Part shown: one piece after another, positions 10,173 through 17,979 of the stretch | Layout of the letters: every line of letters starts with the position of its first letter | Numbering within the stretch: the first letter of the stretch is position 1 | Assembly (NCBI RefSeq): GCF_041859915.1 | Contig: NZ_JBFLGB010000002.1 | Coordinates: 2,097-66,096, forward strand | DNA from: Limosilactobacillus sp. | Lineage (GTDB): Bacteria > Bacillota > Bacilli > Lactobacillales > Lactobacillaceae | Length of the DNA stretch: 64,000 nt | Direction: 5' to 3' | Made by a program: the position numbers and the translations under genes | Notes under the pieces: generated by a model | Told to the model about the DNA's origin: nothing | The model's database searches: none | What the model saw: the letters and a program-made list of their open reading frames with translations, nothing else

Positions 10173-10267
10173 GTATCCTCGATAGTATTACGACTGATAG
10201 AACCCCTTGCGCATGTTAAACTTAAAACGCTGTAGATCTTAGCCACCCTACTCAGGAGGACACGCGT

Positions 10268-10426
10268 ATTTTTCAATTACTTAAATGGTTCATCGGCTTC
10301 ATTATTGGATTAGTGATACTAACTTACATTTGGGATTTTTTAGCAGCTATTCAATGGTATGTATTCGGAATCCTTGTGATTGTTGCGATTGTGTTGGGGT
10401 ATCGAGTATACAAACAAAATAAATGA
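10268..10426 (+). CDS. Putative 52-aa two-TM membrane protein with non-canonical start
   Basis: IFQLLKWFIGFIIGLVILTYIWDFLAAIQWYVFGILVIVAIVLGYRVYKQNK*; SD AGGAGG 8 nt before ATT; no in-frame ATG/GTG/TTG between the upstream stop and the first TM. Confidence 0.45.
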   Translation: MFQLLKWFIGFIIGLVILTYIWDFLAAIQWYVFGILVIVAIVLGYRVYKQNK

Positions 10427-10478
10427 TGTTGATGTGATAATATGTATTTAGGGATAATATCAGAAGTATTGCTTCGTC

Positions 10479-10512
10479 AATAAAGGCGCTGAAGTAAGCG
10501 CCTTTATTTTTT
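10479..10512 (+). terminator. Rho-independent terminator (end of a possible short sRNA unit)
   Basis: aataaaggcgct-gaagta-agcgcctttatt followed by a T-run. Confidence 0.7.
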
Positions 10513-10557
10513 CTTAAATTTATTACTGATGTTGGTATATCCATGATATTATGTAGG

Positions 10558-10653
10558 TACAAACGCGAGTAGCAAATATTTATGAGGTGTTGCGGGACGA
10601 TAACCCGAAACGTAAAAGATGGACGCTTCAAAAATTGAAGCGTCTTTCTTTTT
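10558..10653 (+). ncRNA. Putative sRNA, copy 2
   Basis: Extended -10 TGaTATTAT at 10544-10552; hairpin with compensatory change relative to copy 1; terminator. Confidence 0.55.
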
Positions 10654-10667
10654 ATTATTTTCTTAAT

Positions 10668-10697
10668 AAAAAGCCGTAGATAATTAAGTCTACGGCT
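10668..10697 (-). terminator. Terminator of the minus-strand peptide gene
   Basis: Minus strand agccgtaga-cttaatta-tctacggct-ttt. Confidence 0.65.
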
Positions 10698-10742
10698 AAT
10701 GCGATCATAAGGGATTATTCTAAAAACGTAACTAAATTATGT

Positions 10743-10811
10743 TTATATGATGTGAATAATCAATAACAACACACAAATAGCAAGTAATAAACAGGTTATG
10801 TCGATTATCAT
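10743..10811 (-). CDS. Putative type I toxin, 22-aa hydrophobic peptide MIIDITCLLLAICVLLLIIHII
   Basis: SD AAAGGTGGTGA, ATG at 10811, TAA at 10743; own extended -10 (TGaTATTAT, 10865-10857) and terminator; SD within a ccac/gtgg stem. Confidence 0.65.
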   Translation of the reverse strand: MIIDITCLLLAICVLLLIIHII

Positions 10812-10897
10812 GTTGCGTCACCACCTTTAATAGTGGATTTAACCGCACCATTAGTAATAATATCACTTGACTAATTTACTTAATAGTTATACTTTAA

Positions 10898-10996
10898 AGA
10901 TGCAAGTAATAGACAGGTTGCTATATCATGTTGCATCTAACGTGACTAAGTTACCTAAAAAGAATGGCGCTACTTGAAATAGCGTCTTTCTTTTTA
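10898..10996 (+). ncRNA. Putative antitoxin sRNA, antisense to the 22-aa peptide mRNA
   Basis: TTGACT...TATACT promoter-like pair (15-nt spacer); 10902-10937 complementary in two blocks to the peptide start region; terminator ggcgcta-cttgaaa-tagcgtc plus T-run. Confidence 0.6.
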
Positions 10997-11051
10997 CCCA
11001 AATTCGCGTTATTTTAGTAACCAGTAATCAAATCAGAAAGCGAGATTAATT

Positions 11052-11237
11052 ATGGAAAAATCAGAACAAAAAAACTATTTAAACGAAATGAACGACGCCA
11101 TGGACGATTTAAACTTCTACTTAGCTAACCAGAAGTTCTTATCCGACTTAGACCAAAAAGAAGTTGCCAAGTTAGGCAAACGATTTGTTAAGACTGGTAA
11201 GCTAATTCAGGCTGTCGCCAAGAAACAGGCCAAATAA
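11052..11237 (+). CDS. Hypothetical 61-aa helical protein
   Basis: ORF with weak SD, followed by a strong terminator. Confidence 0.55.
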   Translation: MEKSEQKNYLNEMNDAMDDLNFYLANQKFLSDLDQKEVAKLGKRFVKTGKLIQAVAKKQAK

Positions 11238-11258
11238 TTTAAATCTTTAAACCAAATT

Positions 11259-11297
11259 AAAAACCAGTTCGATTATTCAATCGAACTGGTTTTTTTT
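11259..11297. terminator. Bidirectional terminator
   Basis: aaaaccagttcgatt...aatcgaactggtttttttt. Confidence 0.8.
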
Positions 11298-11316
11298 GTT
11301 AAATGTTAACTGTTAA

Positions 11317-12246
11317 TTATTTAGCAGAATTCTTGCATAATTGATCGATACGGTCGTAGAAGCCTTTAGCGTCAACATCGGTAATTAAGGTAACCGGACG
11401 GCCGTTCTTAGTTTCGTAAGTACGTCCAGCAGCAGCACCCGTCGTGATGACGTCAGCTTTGATCTGCTTGGACTTCGCAATTTCTGGGAAATAACTGATG
11501 ATCATCGTTAAGACATCCCATAGGTAGTAACCCGTGCCAAACGGATGCATCATGGCATAGCCTAGACCAATCAAGTTTTCGGCTGGATACTTACACAAGC
11601 TAGCCCAGTGATCACGGACCTTCTGTGATAACGGAACCTGTTTAGTACTGTTAAGACCAACCTGGACTAACGGTAACTTAGAATCATAAACGACCTTAAC
11701 AGCTTCCGGATCCCAGTATGCGTTCCATTCCTGAGTGCCGTCAGCTTCGGGTTCAACGACGTTACCTTTGTTATCCATGGTACCGCCCATCCAGTAGACT
11801 TTTTCAATCTTATCCTGAATTGATGGTTCAACCTTTAAAGCTCGAGCTAAATCGGATAACGGACCGGTCATAACTAAGGTAACTTTCTTATCGGAAGCCT
11901 TAACTTTATCAATGATATCTAAATGAGCCGGCTTCTTAGCCAAAGGTGCTTTAGGCGTGTGACCATGTTCATTTAAGACTGGAAAGTCATTAAAAGTATA
12001 GGCGTTCATACGCCATAACTTTGGAAATTCGTGAGCCGGACGGGAGTTCGACTGAGCAACTGAGATCTTACGACCCTTACCTAAATAGTCAACTAACTTT
12101 CGGGAAGCAGCAACGGCCGGTGTTACGAACGAGTCGGCACCAATTGCACTGATCCCTAAGATGTTAATGTTAGGCATTTCTAGAAACAGGATTAATGAAT
12201 CTAGATCGTCGACATTACCATCATGATTAAAATATACATTCCGCAT
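11317..12246 (-). CDS. Inosine/uridine-preferring nucleoside hydrolase
   Basis: HDGNVDD, TGPLSDLA, WMGG, EWNAYWDPEA and LWDVLT motifs. Confidence 0.9.
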   Translation of the reverse strand: MRNVYFNHDGNVDDLDSLILFLEMPNINILGISAIGADSFVTPAVAASRKLVDYLGKGRKISVAQSNSRPAHEFPKLWRMNAYTFNDFPVLNEHGHTPKAPLAKKPAHLDIIDKVKASDKKVTLVMTGPLSDLARALKVEPSIQDKIEKVYWMGGTMDNKGNVVEPEADGTQEWNAYWDPEAVKVVYDSKLPLVQVGLNSTKQVPLSQKVRDHWASLCKYPAENLIGLGYAMMHPFGTGYYLWDVLTMIISYFPEIAKSKQIKADVITTGAAAGRTYETKNGRPVTLITDVDAKGFYDRIDQLCKNSAK

Positions 12247-12311
12247 TATGAAACCCTCTTTTGCAAATTATATGTTCAGTATATCAATTTTTAGCTTTTA
12301 GCACTACCGAT

Positions 12312-12791
12312 TTACTTATTATATGGTGTTCCTGAATTAATCATAAAAGCTCGGTAAATCTGTTCCGCCAGGACTGTCCGCATCAATTCGTGCGGATAGG
12401 TAAATTTACCAAACGAGATTTGGGCATCAGAACGTTTCAACACTTTTGAAGCTAAACCTAACGAACCACCGATCACAAAAGTTATATCTGGGTGACCATA
12501 GGTAGCTAAACGTTGAATTTCATGAGCAAATTGCACTGATGTTAGTTGCTTACCCTTGATGGCTAAGGCAAACACGTACTCTTTCGGTTTGATCTTCTTA
12601 AGGATTCGGGTGCCTTCTTTATCCATGATCTGTTCAGCTTGACCCTTACTTAACGGTTCAGGTTCCGGCTCTGACTTAACGATCACGGTCTTGAAGTTAC
12701 AGAAACGTGAACAACGTTTTTTGTATTCGGCAACACCCTGTTTAAACCACTTGAATTTAAGCTTGCCGACGGAAATCATTTTAATGTTCAT
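12312..12791 (-). CDS. rlmH: 23S rRNA pseudouridine-1915 N3-methyltransferase
   Basis: [27 protein letters not shown] and EQIYRAF SPOUT motifs. Confidence 0.93.
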   Translation of the reverse strand: MNIKMISVGKLKFKWFKQGVAEYKKRCSRFCNFKTVIVKSEPEPEPLSKGQAEQIMDKEGTRILKKIKPKEYVFALAIKGKQLTSVQFAHEIQRLATYGHPDITFVIGGSLGLASKVLKRSDAQISFGKFTYPHELMRTVLAEQIYRAFMINSGTPYNK

Positions 12792-12799
12792 TCTGTTAG

Positions 12800-12935
12800 T
12801 TATCCCCTAACAACTGTGAGTTATCCACAGGCCCTGTGGATAACTACAACATTTTGTGGTTAAGTGTTACGTCCTACCTACTAATGGGGCGTGTTACTCA
12901 ACACTTTCAACAACTGACTGTTACGGTTATCCACA
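12800..12935. promoter_or_regulatory. DnaA-box cluster upstream of rlmH
   Basis: Perfect TTATCCACA at 12821 and 12927, TGTGGATAA at 12835, near matches at 12800 and 12855. Confidence 0.75.
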
Positions 12936-12996
12936 ATTTAACAAAATAAAGAGGCTCTACAGATTGTTACCTGTAAAGTCTAACACATGACATATT

Positions 12997-13842
12997 TTAA
13001 CGATGATCCGCAGAGATTGAAGTCTTACGGGTCTGTTTGAATTCCTTTAAATTATTCTCCATTTCAGCGATGGCTTCATCCGAAGCGGCTTTACCTAATG
13101 GCATATGTAAAGGTAAAGTATCCCAATGATTTGTAACCTGATCATAAATGATCTTAGCGGCACGCATTGGGTCACCAGGAGTATTATCTGAACCGTGTTC
13201 TTTCATATAATTAATGGCCTGTTCAACTGGTTTATAATCAGCGAATTTCGTAACCGTCTTTTCGGATGAACGGCCACCCCAATCGGTTCTGAAGCCACTT
13301 GGTTCGATTAATAAACATTTAATACCCAGATGTTTAACTTCTTTAGCAAGCGTCTTGGTAATGCCTTCTACAGCGTGTTTGGCACCGTCATAGTAAGCAC
13401 ATGACAAGAAGCCGGTCAACCCACAGATTGACGAAAAGTTAACGATGGTCCCATGCTTTTGGGCACGCATCATTGGTAAGACGTTCCGGGTCATATCACA
13501 TAAGCCCCATACGTCAACGTCAAAGATATAGTGAGCTTCTTTCCAGTTACTTTCTTCGAAGGTTCCGAAGTAACCTAAACCAGCGTTGTTGACTAAGACA
13601 TCAACGCCACCAAAAGCTTGTTTAACCAACTTAACGGTGCTGACAACTTGATCATGCTTAGTAACGTCTAATTTAGCTTTCTTAATTTGGCCATGATCGT
13701 ATTGATCTAAAAAGTTTAATTGACTTTCCGGTTTACGAGCGGTCGCAACTAAATTAACGTCTTTATGTTGAGCCAGAAAAATGGCTAGATTTTTACCAAA
13801 GCCGGTGTGACAACCGGTAACTAACCACGTTTGCTTTTTCAT
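12997..13842 (-). CDS. Short-chain dehydrogenase/reductase
   Basis: TGCHTGFG, LVNNAG, YDGAK (YxxxK) and IEPSGFRT motifs. Confidence 0.9.
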   Translation of the reverse strand: MKKQTWLVTGCHTGFGKNLAIFLAQHKDVNLVATARKPESQLNFLDQYDHGQIKKAKLDVTKHDQVVSTVKLVKQAFGGVDVLVNNAGLGYFGTFEESNWKEAHYIFDVDVWGLCDMTRNVLPMMRAQKHGTIVNFSSICGLTGFLSCAYYDGAKHAVEGITKTLAKEVKHLGIKCLLIEPSGFRTDWGGRSSEKTVTKFADYKPVEQAINYMKEHGSDNTPGDPMRAAKIIYDQVTNHWDTLPLHMPLGKAASDEAIAEMENNLKEFKQTRKTSISADHR

Positions 13843-14162
13843 AGAATCATCCCTTTATTATCTTATGATTCTATGGTAGCAAACTTACGCAGTAAATCGG
13901 TATCAGTAGTTTATCATGTTTATTTTTATGATAATTAATACTATTTCAACACATAGGTAGGTGAAAAGATAGCCTGATCAGGACCGGGCCTGATTAGGCT
14001 TGTAAAAGATCAAAACTGGTATAGCTCATACTTTTAACAACTATAGAGTAGCAAAATTGTCAACCCGTAAGATTGTCATAGTACAGGTAATGTGTGTTGA
14101 TTTTTAAGATGAGCTGGATAAAAAGAAATCTTACTTTAAGTATTAATTAATATTATGCAACA

Positions 14163-14432
14163 CTAATAGGTCTTAAAGAAAAAGTAACAATTCCATCTAT
14201 GATGAGCTTTAGGCCGAAATGTATATGGATAATGATATTTATATTCAGTCTGATAAAGCTTACGAAACGAACTCTTATACGAATGATGGTGTCTCAATTC
14301 ATAATAAGCATGACGATATAAACGAACAATTTGAGTACGATGTGATGCATGTTGATTCCGGTGAGCTGATACATCTACAGATATACCCATTAAAATTAAG
14401 ATACTTATGACTACTACTAAGAATTTTTTCAT
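14163..14432 (-). CDS. Hypothetical secreted His/Tyr/Arg-rich small protein
   Basis: MKKFLVVVISILILMGISVDVSA signal peptide; basic mature region. Confidence 0.55.
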   Translation of the reverse strand: MKKFLVVVISILILMGISVDVSAHRNQHASHRTQIVRLYRHAYYELRHHHSYKSSFRKLYQTEYKYHYPYTFRPKAHHRWNCYFFFKTY

Positions 14433-14459
14433 CTCAATCATTACATTACTTTATATTAT

Positions 14460-14756
14460 TTACTTATCTGCTTTAATCAATCTAATTTTACGTGTTAATA
14501 CCTTAATCCGATGTTGATTATATAGAGCTTCGCAAGAAATCCCAACACCATAAATAATGAGCATAACAATAATCGAATTATCATAACTTAAAAAGTTATT
14601 TAGAATCGGACTAACTATAAACAACCCGATAAAGAATAAGAAAGTAATTATAAACTCCGGCAAATTCATTTTATGTTTCATATAATTATGAATTAGAAGA
14701 TAAAAAAGAGCAACAACACATACAACACTTACAACAATTCTAAACGACATAGGCAT
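14460..14756 (-). CDS. Hypothetical 3-TM membrane protein (paralogue of 14784-15092)
   Basis: MPMSFR..KHKM..P..N.L..K.L..KI pattern shared with neighbour; SD GAGG. Confidence 0.65.
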   Translation of the reverse strand: MPMSFRIVVSVVCVVALFYLLIHNYMKHKMNLPEFIITFLFFIGLFIVSPILNNFLSYDNSIIVMLIIYGVGISCEALYNQHRIKVLTRKIRLIKADK

Positions 14757-14783
14757 ATAGCCTCATCTCCACTTTCTAAATAT

Positions 14784-15092
14784 TTAGTGATTTATACGTT
14801 CAATCCGTTCATCGGAATTTATCTTATTTTTTAAAACTTTGACTTGATGGATATGATAAATATCATCACCAATAAAGACGGCCATTACAACGAGATAATC
14901 AATAATAATACTAATCTTCTGATCCAAAAGATTATCAATCATAGGTGTCATGAATAGTAATAATATAATCAATCCATATCTAATGATGATTTCTCGATAA
15001 CTCATTTTCTGTTTAATTCGGGCACTAATTCCAGCCCAGATTAAACAACTAATTCCAAAGATTAACAAAAAGGTTCTAAATGAAATTGGCAT
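14784..15092 (-). CDS. Hypothetical 3-TM membrane protein (paralogue of 14460-14756)
   Basis: MPISFR..KQKM..P..N.L..KVLKNKI; SD GGAG. Confidence 0.65.
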   Translation of the reverse strand: MPISFRTFLLIFGISCLIWAGISARIKQKMSYREIIIRYGLIILLLFMTPMIDNLLDQKISIIIDYLVVMAVFIGDDIYHIHQVKVLKNKINSDERIERINH

Positions 15093-15234
15093 ATCTCCAT
15101 CTCCTCAAAATAAGTAATTTTAGAATACCTAAAGACGCTGTCTCTGCCAAGCTCTAATTCTGGGACATGACCTACAACGCTTAATTAATGGGGCTTAGTC
15201 TGATAATATATTCATTGAGAAGGCATAATAATCA

Positions 15235-15861
15235 ATGAAATTATCCAAGACGTTATATAAATATCGAAAGGCTCATCACCTTACTCAGCAACAGTTAGCC
15301 CAAAAGCTCCACGTTTCTAGAAAGACGATCTCAAACTGGGAAAACGGTCGTAGTGAACCTAGTTTTGAGATTCTAAAAACGTTAAGTCACTTATATAACG
15401 TATCAACAGACGAGTTACTAGAAGTGTCAAATGTTAAGGTTAAAAGTGATAATGATAACATTACGTGTAAACAAGCCTGGATTAAGTTCTTCAAAAATAT
15501 ATTCAGACTAAAAGGCAAAGCTTCTCGTAAAGAATATATGTATATCATGGTACCGATGACCATCATTAGTTTCTTAGTTGTATTTATTTTAGACCCGTTC
15601 TTATTAGCTAAAGATTTTAAATTACAAGCTGAAAATACTGTTAATTATGACGAACTAATAATGACGTTGGTTGGATTCGCGATTGTATTTGTTATTATGA
15701 CGTTGATCGAAATTGTTCTCTATTGTCTAGTTGCTCGACGTAATCACGATATTGGCCTAAGTAGTTGGGTCGCATTATTGTTATTTGTTCCGCAGTTAGG
15801 AACATTTTATCAGCTAATCATCATGTTTGTGCCAACAAATTACTTTAAATCAAAAAAGTAA
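15235..15861 (+). CDS. XRE HTH - DUF805 fusion protein
   Basis: LTQQQLAQKLHVSRKTISNWENG HTH, then GKASRKEY and RRNHDIG DUF805 motifs. Confidence 0.85.
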   Translation: MKLSKTLYKYRKAHHLTQQQLAQKLHVSRKTISNWENGRSEPSFEILKTLSHLYNVSTDELLEVSNVKVKSDNDNITCKQAWIKFFKNIFRLKGKASRKEYMYIMVPMTIISFLVVFILDPFLLAKDFKLQAENTVNYDELIMTLVGFAIVFVIMTLIEIVLYCLVARRNHDIGLSSWVALLLFVPQLGTFYQLIIMFVPTNYFKSKK

Positions 15862-15905
15862 CTAAAATTATACGTGAAGGTCACTAAATTAAAGAAGGTT
15901 TCATA

Positions 15906-16406
15906 ATGGCACAACTAAAAATCATCAAAGGCGACATCACCAAAGTTCACGTTGACGCAATCGTTAATGCGGCTAATGAACGACTTGCCGGCGGTGGCGG
16001 TGTCGATGGTGCAATTCATCGGGCTGCCGGAATGCAGCAGTTAAATGCTGCATGTAAGAAACTTCACGGTTGTCCAACGGGTAAAGCTAAGGTAACGTCT
16101 GGTTTCAACCTACCAGCGAAGTACATTATCCATACTGTTGGACCCATCTGGCACGGTGGTAATCATCGCGAACCCAAACTGTTAAGTAACTGTTACCGTA
16201 ACAGTTTACAACAAGCCGTTAACTATCACTGTAAGACCATAGCTTTTCCATCCATAAGTACTGGAGTCTATGGCTATCCACTAGGTAAAGCTGCTAAAAT
16301 TACTGTTAATGTTATCAAACAGTTCCCTATACAGTTAACGGTAACAATGGTCTGCTTTGATGACAATACCTACCGAGCATACGTTCATGCTGCCCAGCAA
16401 CATTAA
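15906..16406 (+). CDS. Macro-domain protein (O-acetyl-ADP-ribose deacetylase, YmdB-like)
   Basis: GDIT, IVNAAN, GGGVDGAIH, IHTVGP and FPSISTGVYGYP motifs. Confidence 0.9.
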   Translation: MAQLKIIKGDITKVHVDAIVNAANERLAGGGGVDGAIHRAAGMQQLNAACKKLHGCPTGKAKVTSGFNLPAKYIIHTVGPIWHGGNHREPKLLSNCYRNSLQQAVNYHCKTIAFPSISTGVYGYPLGKAAKITVNVIKQFPIQLTVTMVCFDDNTYRAYVHAAQQH

Positions 16407-16477
16407 TCCTTTACATCATATCTTGGCTTCGTTATACTCTAATCATTGTAAAAGCTTGATTTTAACGGGTGATTACT

Positions 16478-16585
16478 ATGATGAAACTATTTAAATCATC
16501 TAAAGCAATGGAAGTTATGATGATCATTGAGATCATCGTCGGGATCTTCGGCATTTTCGCAATGGAGATTACCGTTCATCGTTAA
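16478..16585 (+). CDS. Putative 35-aa single-TM peptide MMKLFKSSKAMEVMMIIEIIVGIFGIFAMEITVHR
   Basis: SD GGGTGA; upstream TATACT; terminator at 16607-16639. Confidence 0.4.
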   Translation: MMKLFKSSKAMEVMMIIEIIVGIFGIFAMEITVHR

Positions 16586-16606
16586 ATTAAATTGAATTTA
16601 GACAGC

Positions 16607-16639
16607 AAAAAGGCCTTACTTGAAAAAGTAAGGCCTTTT
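16607..16639. terminator. Bidirectional terminator
   Basis: aaaaggccttactt-gaaa-aagtaaggcctttt. Confidence 0.8.
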
Positions 16640-16660
16640 AATTTTATCCAATTATTGTAT

Positions 16661-17896
16661 TTATGGAACTAATTTCACGGTTGTCTGGTGAACGTGACCA
16701 CCTTGGTAATAGGTGATTGAGATTCGCTGGCCAATCTTATGAGCATACAGGATATCTCGCAACTGTGCTAAACCGTGGATCTGCTGACCAGCCATCTTAG
16801 TGATCACATCGTACTTCTTAAGGCCAGCTTTTTGAGCCGCTGAGCCAGGTTTAACATCCATGATCACTGATCCCTGATTAACGTTTTTCGGCAACTTAAG
16901 AACACTTTGCCGCTGTTTAGCAGAAATATTTGCAAGATCAGTGTACAGGATTCCAAGTCTGGGTCTGATTACTCGACCGTGCTTAACGATCTGATTAATA
17001 ACTCTAGTAACTTCGTTACTTGGAATGGCAAAGCCCATCCCTTCAATCGAAGAACCCTGGTTATCAGAAGACAGTTTCATCGAGTTAATTCCAATGACCT
17101 GACCAGCCATATTAATCAATGGGCCACCGGAGTTACCAGAGTTGATTGCCGCATCGGTCTGGATAACCGACGTCAATGTTCCATCAGTCCCGGCTTTCAG
17201 AGTTCGGTTTTTAGCAGAAACAATTCCTTTAGTAACGGTATTCGCGTATTCACTGCCCATCGGTGAACCGATAGCCAGGACATCTTGACCGGCAGTAATT
17301 GAATTGGAGTTACCAAATCCAGCTACCGTAGTAACATTCGCCGAATTAATTTTCAACACAGCCAAATCAGTGGCAGCATCAGTACCGACCAATTGAGCAT
17401 CGACCTTGCGACCATTACTCATGATTACTTGAAGAGCACTGGACCCTTTTACCACGTGGTTATTGGTAACAATGTAGGCCGCATTTCCACTCTTCTTGTA
17501 AATCACTCCGGAACCTTCACTGGCTGTTTCAAGTTTACCATTAGAACTCGAAGAAGAACTATTATCACCCTGGGTAGGGCCAAACATTCCCAGAATACCA
17601 TTATCTTGCTGAACATTCTGTTTGTTGATTACGCTAACCACGGCTCCCTGAACAGAATTATAGGCTCTCGTGGCCTCACCATTTAGGTCTGCCTTGTTCT
17701 TGTTCACCTTAGTGCCACCAGCCCGGTTAGAACCACTTGGTACCCGGGTACTAACAACAGCCTCATGATGTTGAATAGCACCACCAATTCCAATGGCAAT
17801 TCCCCCACCGATTAAACCTGCGATGAGTCCCACGCCAGCAACTTTAACCCAGAAACGGTTAGTTCGTCGTGGCGTTCCTTGATTCTCATTCCTCAT
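16661..17896 (-). CDS. htrA: HtrA/DegP serine protease with PDZ domain
   Basis: TNNHVV, DLAVLK and AINSGNSGGPL triad motifs; N-terminal TM; follows yycJ. Confidence 0.95.
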   Translation of the reverse strand: MRNENQGTPRRTNRFWVKVAGVGLIAGLIGGGIAIGIGGAIQHHEAVVSTRVPSGSNRAGGTKVNKNKADLNGEATRAYNSVQGAVVSVINKQNVQQDNGILGMFGPTQGDNSSSSSSNGKLETASEGSGVIYKKSGNAAYIVTNNHVVKGSSALQVIMSNGRKVDAQLVGTDAATDLAVLKINSANVTTVAGFGNSNSITAGQDVLAIGSPMGSEYANTVTKGIVSAKNRTLKAGTDGTLTSVIQTDAAINSGNSGGPLINMAGQVIGINSMKLSSDNQGSSIEGMGFAIPSNEVTRVINQIVKHGRVIRPRLGILYTDLANISAKQRQSVLKLPKNVNQGSVIMDVKPGSAAQKAGLKKYDVITKMAGQQIHGLAQLRDILYAHKIGQRISITYYQGGHVHQTTVKLVP

Positions 17897-17979
17897 TCCA
17901 ATTCCCCCAGTTCTTTTTTCTTCACCATACGAGCTAATTATGAAGAAATATTGAATTTAAATTATCTTTATTTTTATTT

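Noticed and set aside
10085-10631. Minus-strand ORFs 10085-10276 and 10347-10631 sharing VIVPxHLINICY
   Set aside because: The shared peptide comes from the DNA repeat; it falls at the C-terminus of one ORF and the N-terminus of the other, neither has a good SD, and both cross terminators
10087-10653. CRISPR array interpretation of the repeats
   Set aside because: Only two ~86-nt copies 481 nt apart, no regular spacers, no cas genes in the window
12300-12335. SCC-type attB integration at the rlmH 3' end
   Set aside because: The end (ACACCATATAATAAGTAA) departs from the staphylococcal att consensus; no recombinase and no second att copy seen downstream
15906-16406. Macrodomain as a DarG-type antitoxin or Thoeris component
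   Set aside because: Stand-alone YmdB-like length with no adjacent ADP-ribosyltransferase, SIR2 or TIR gene
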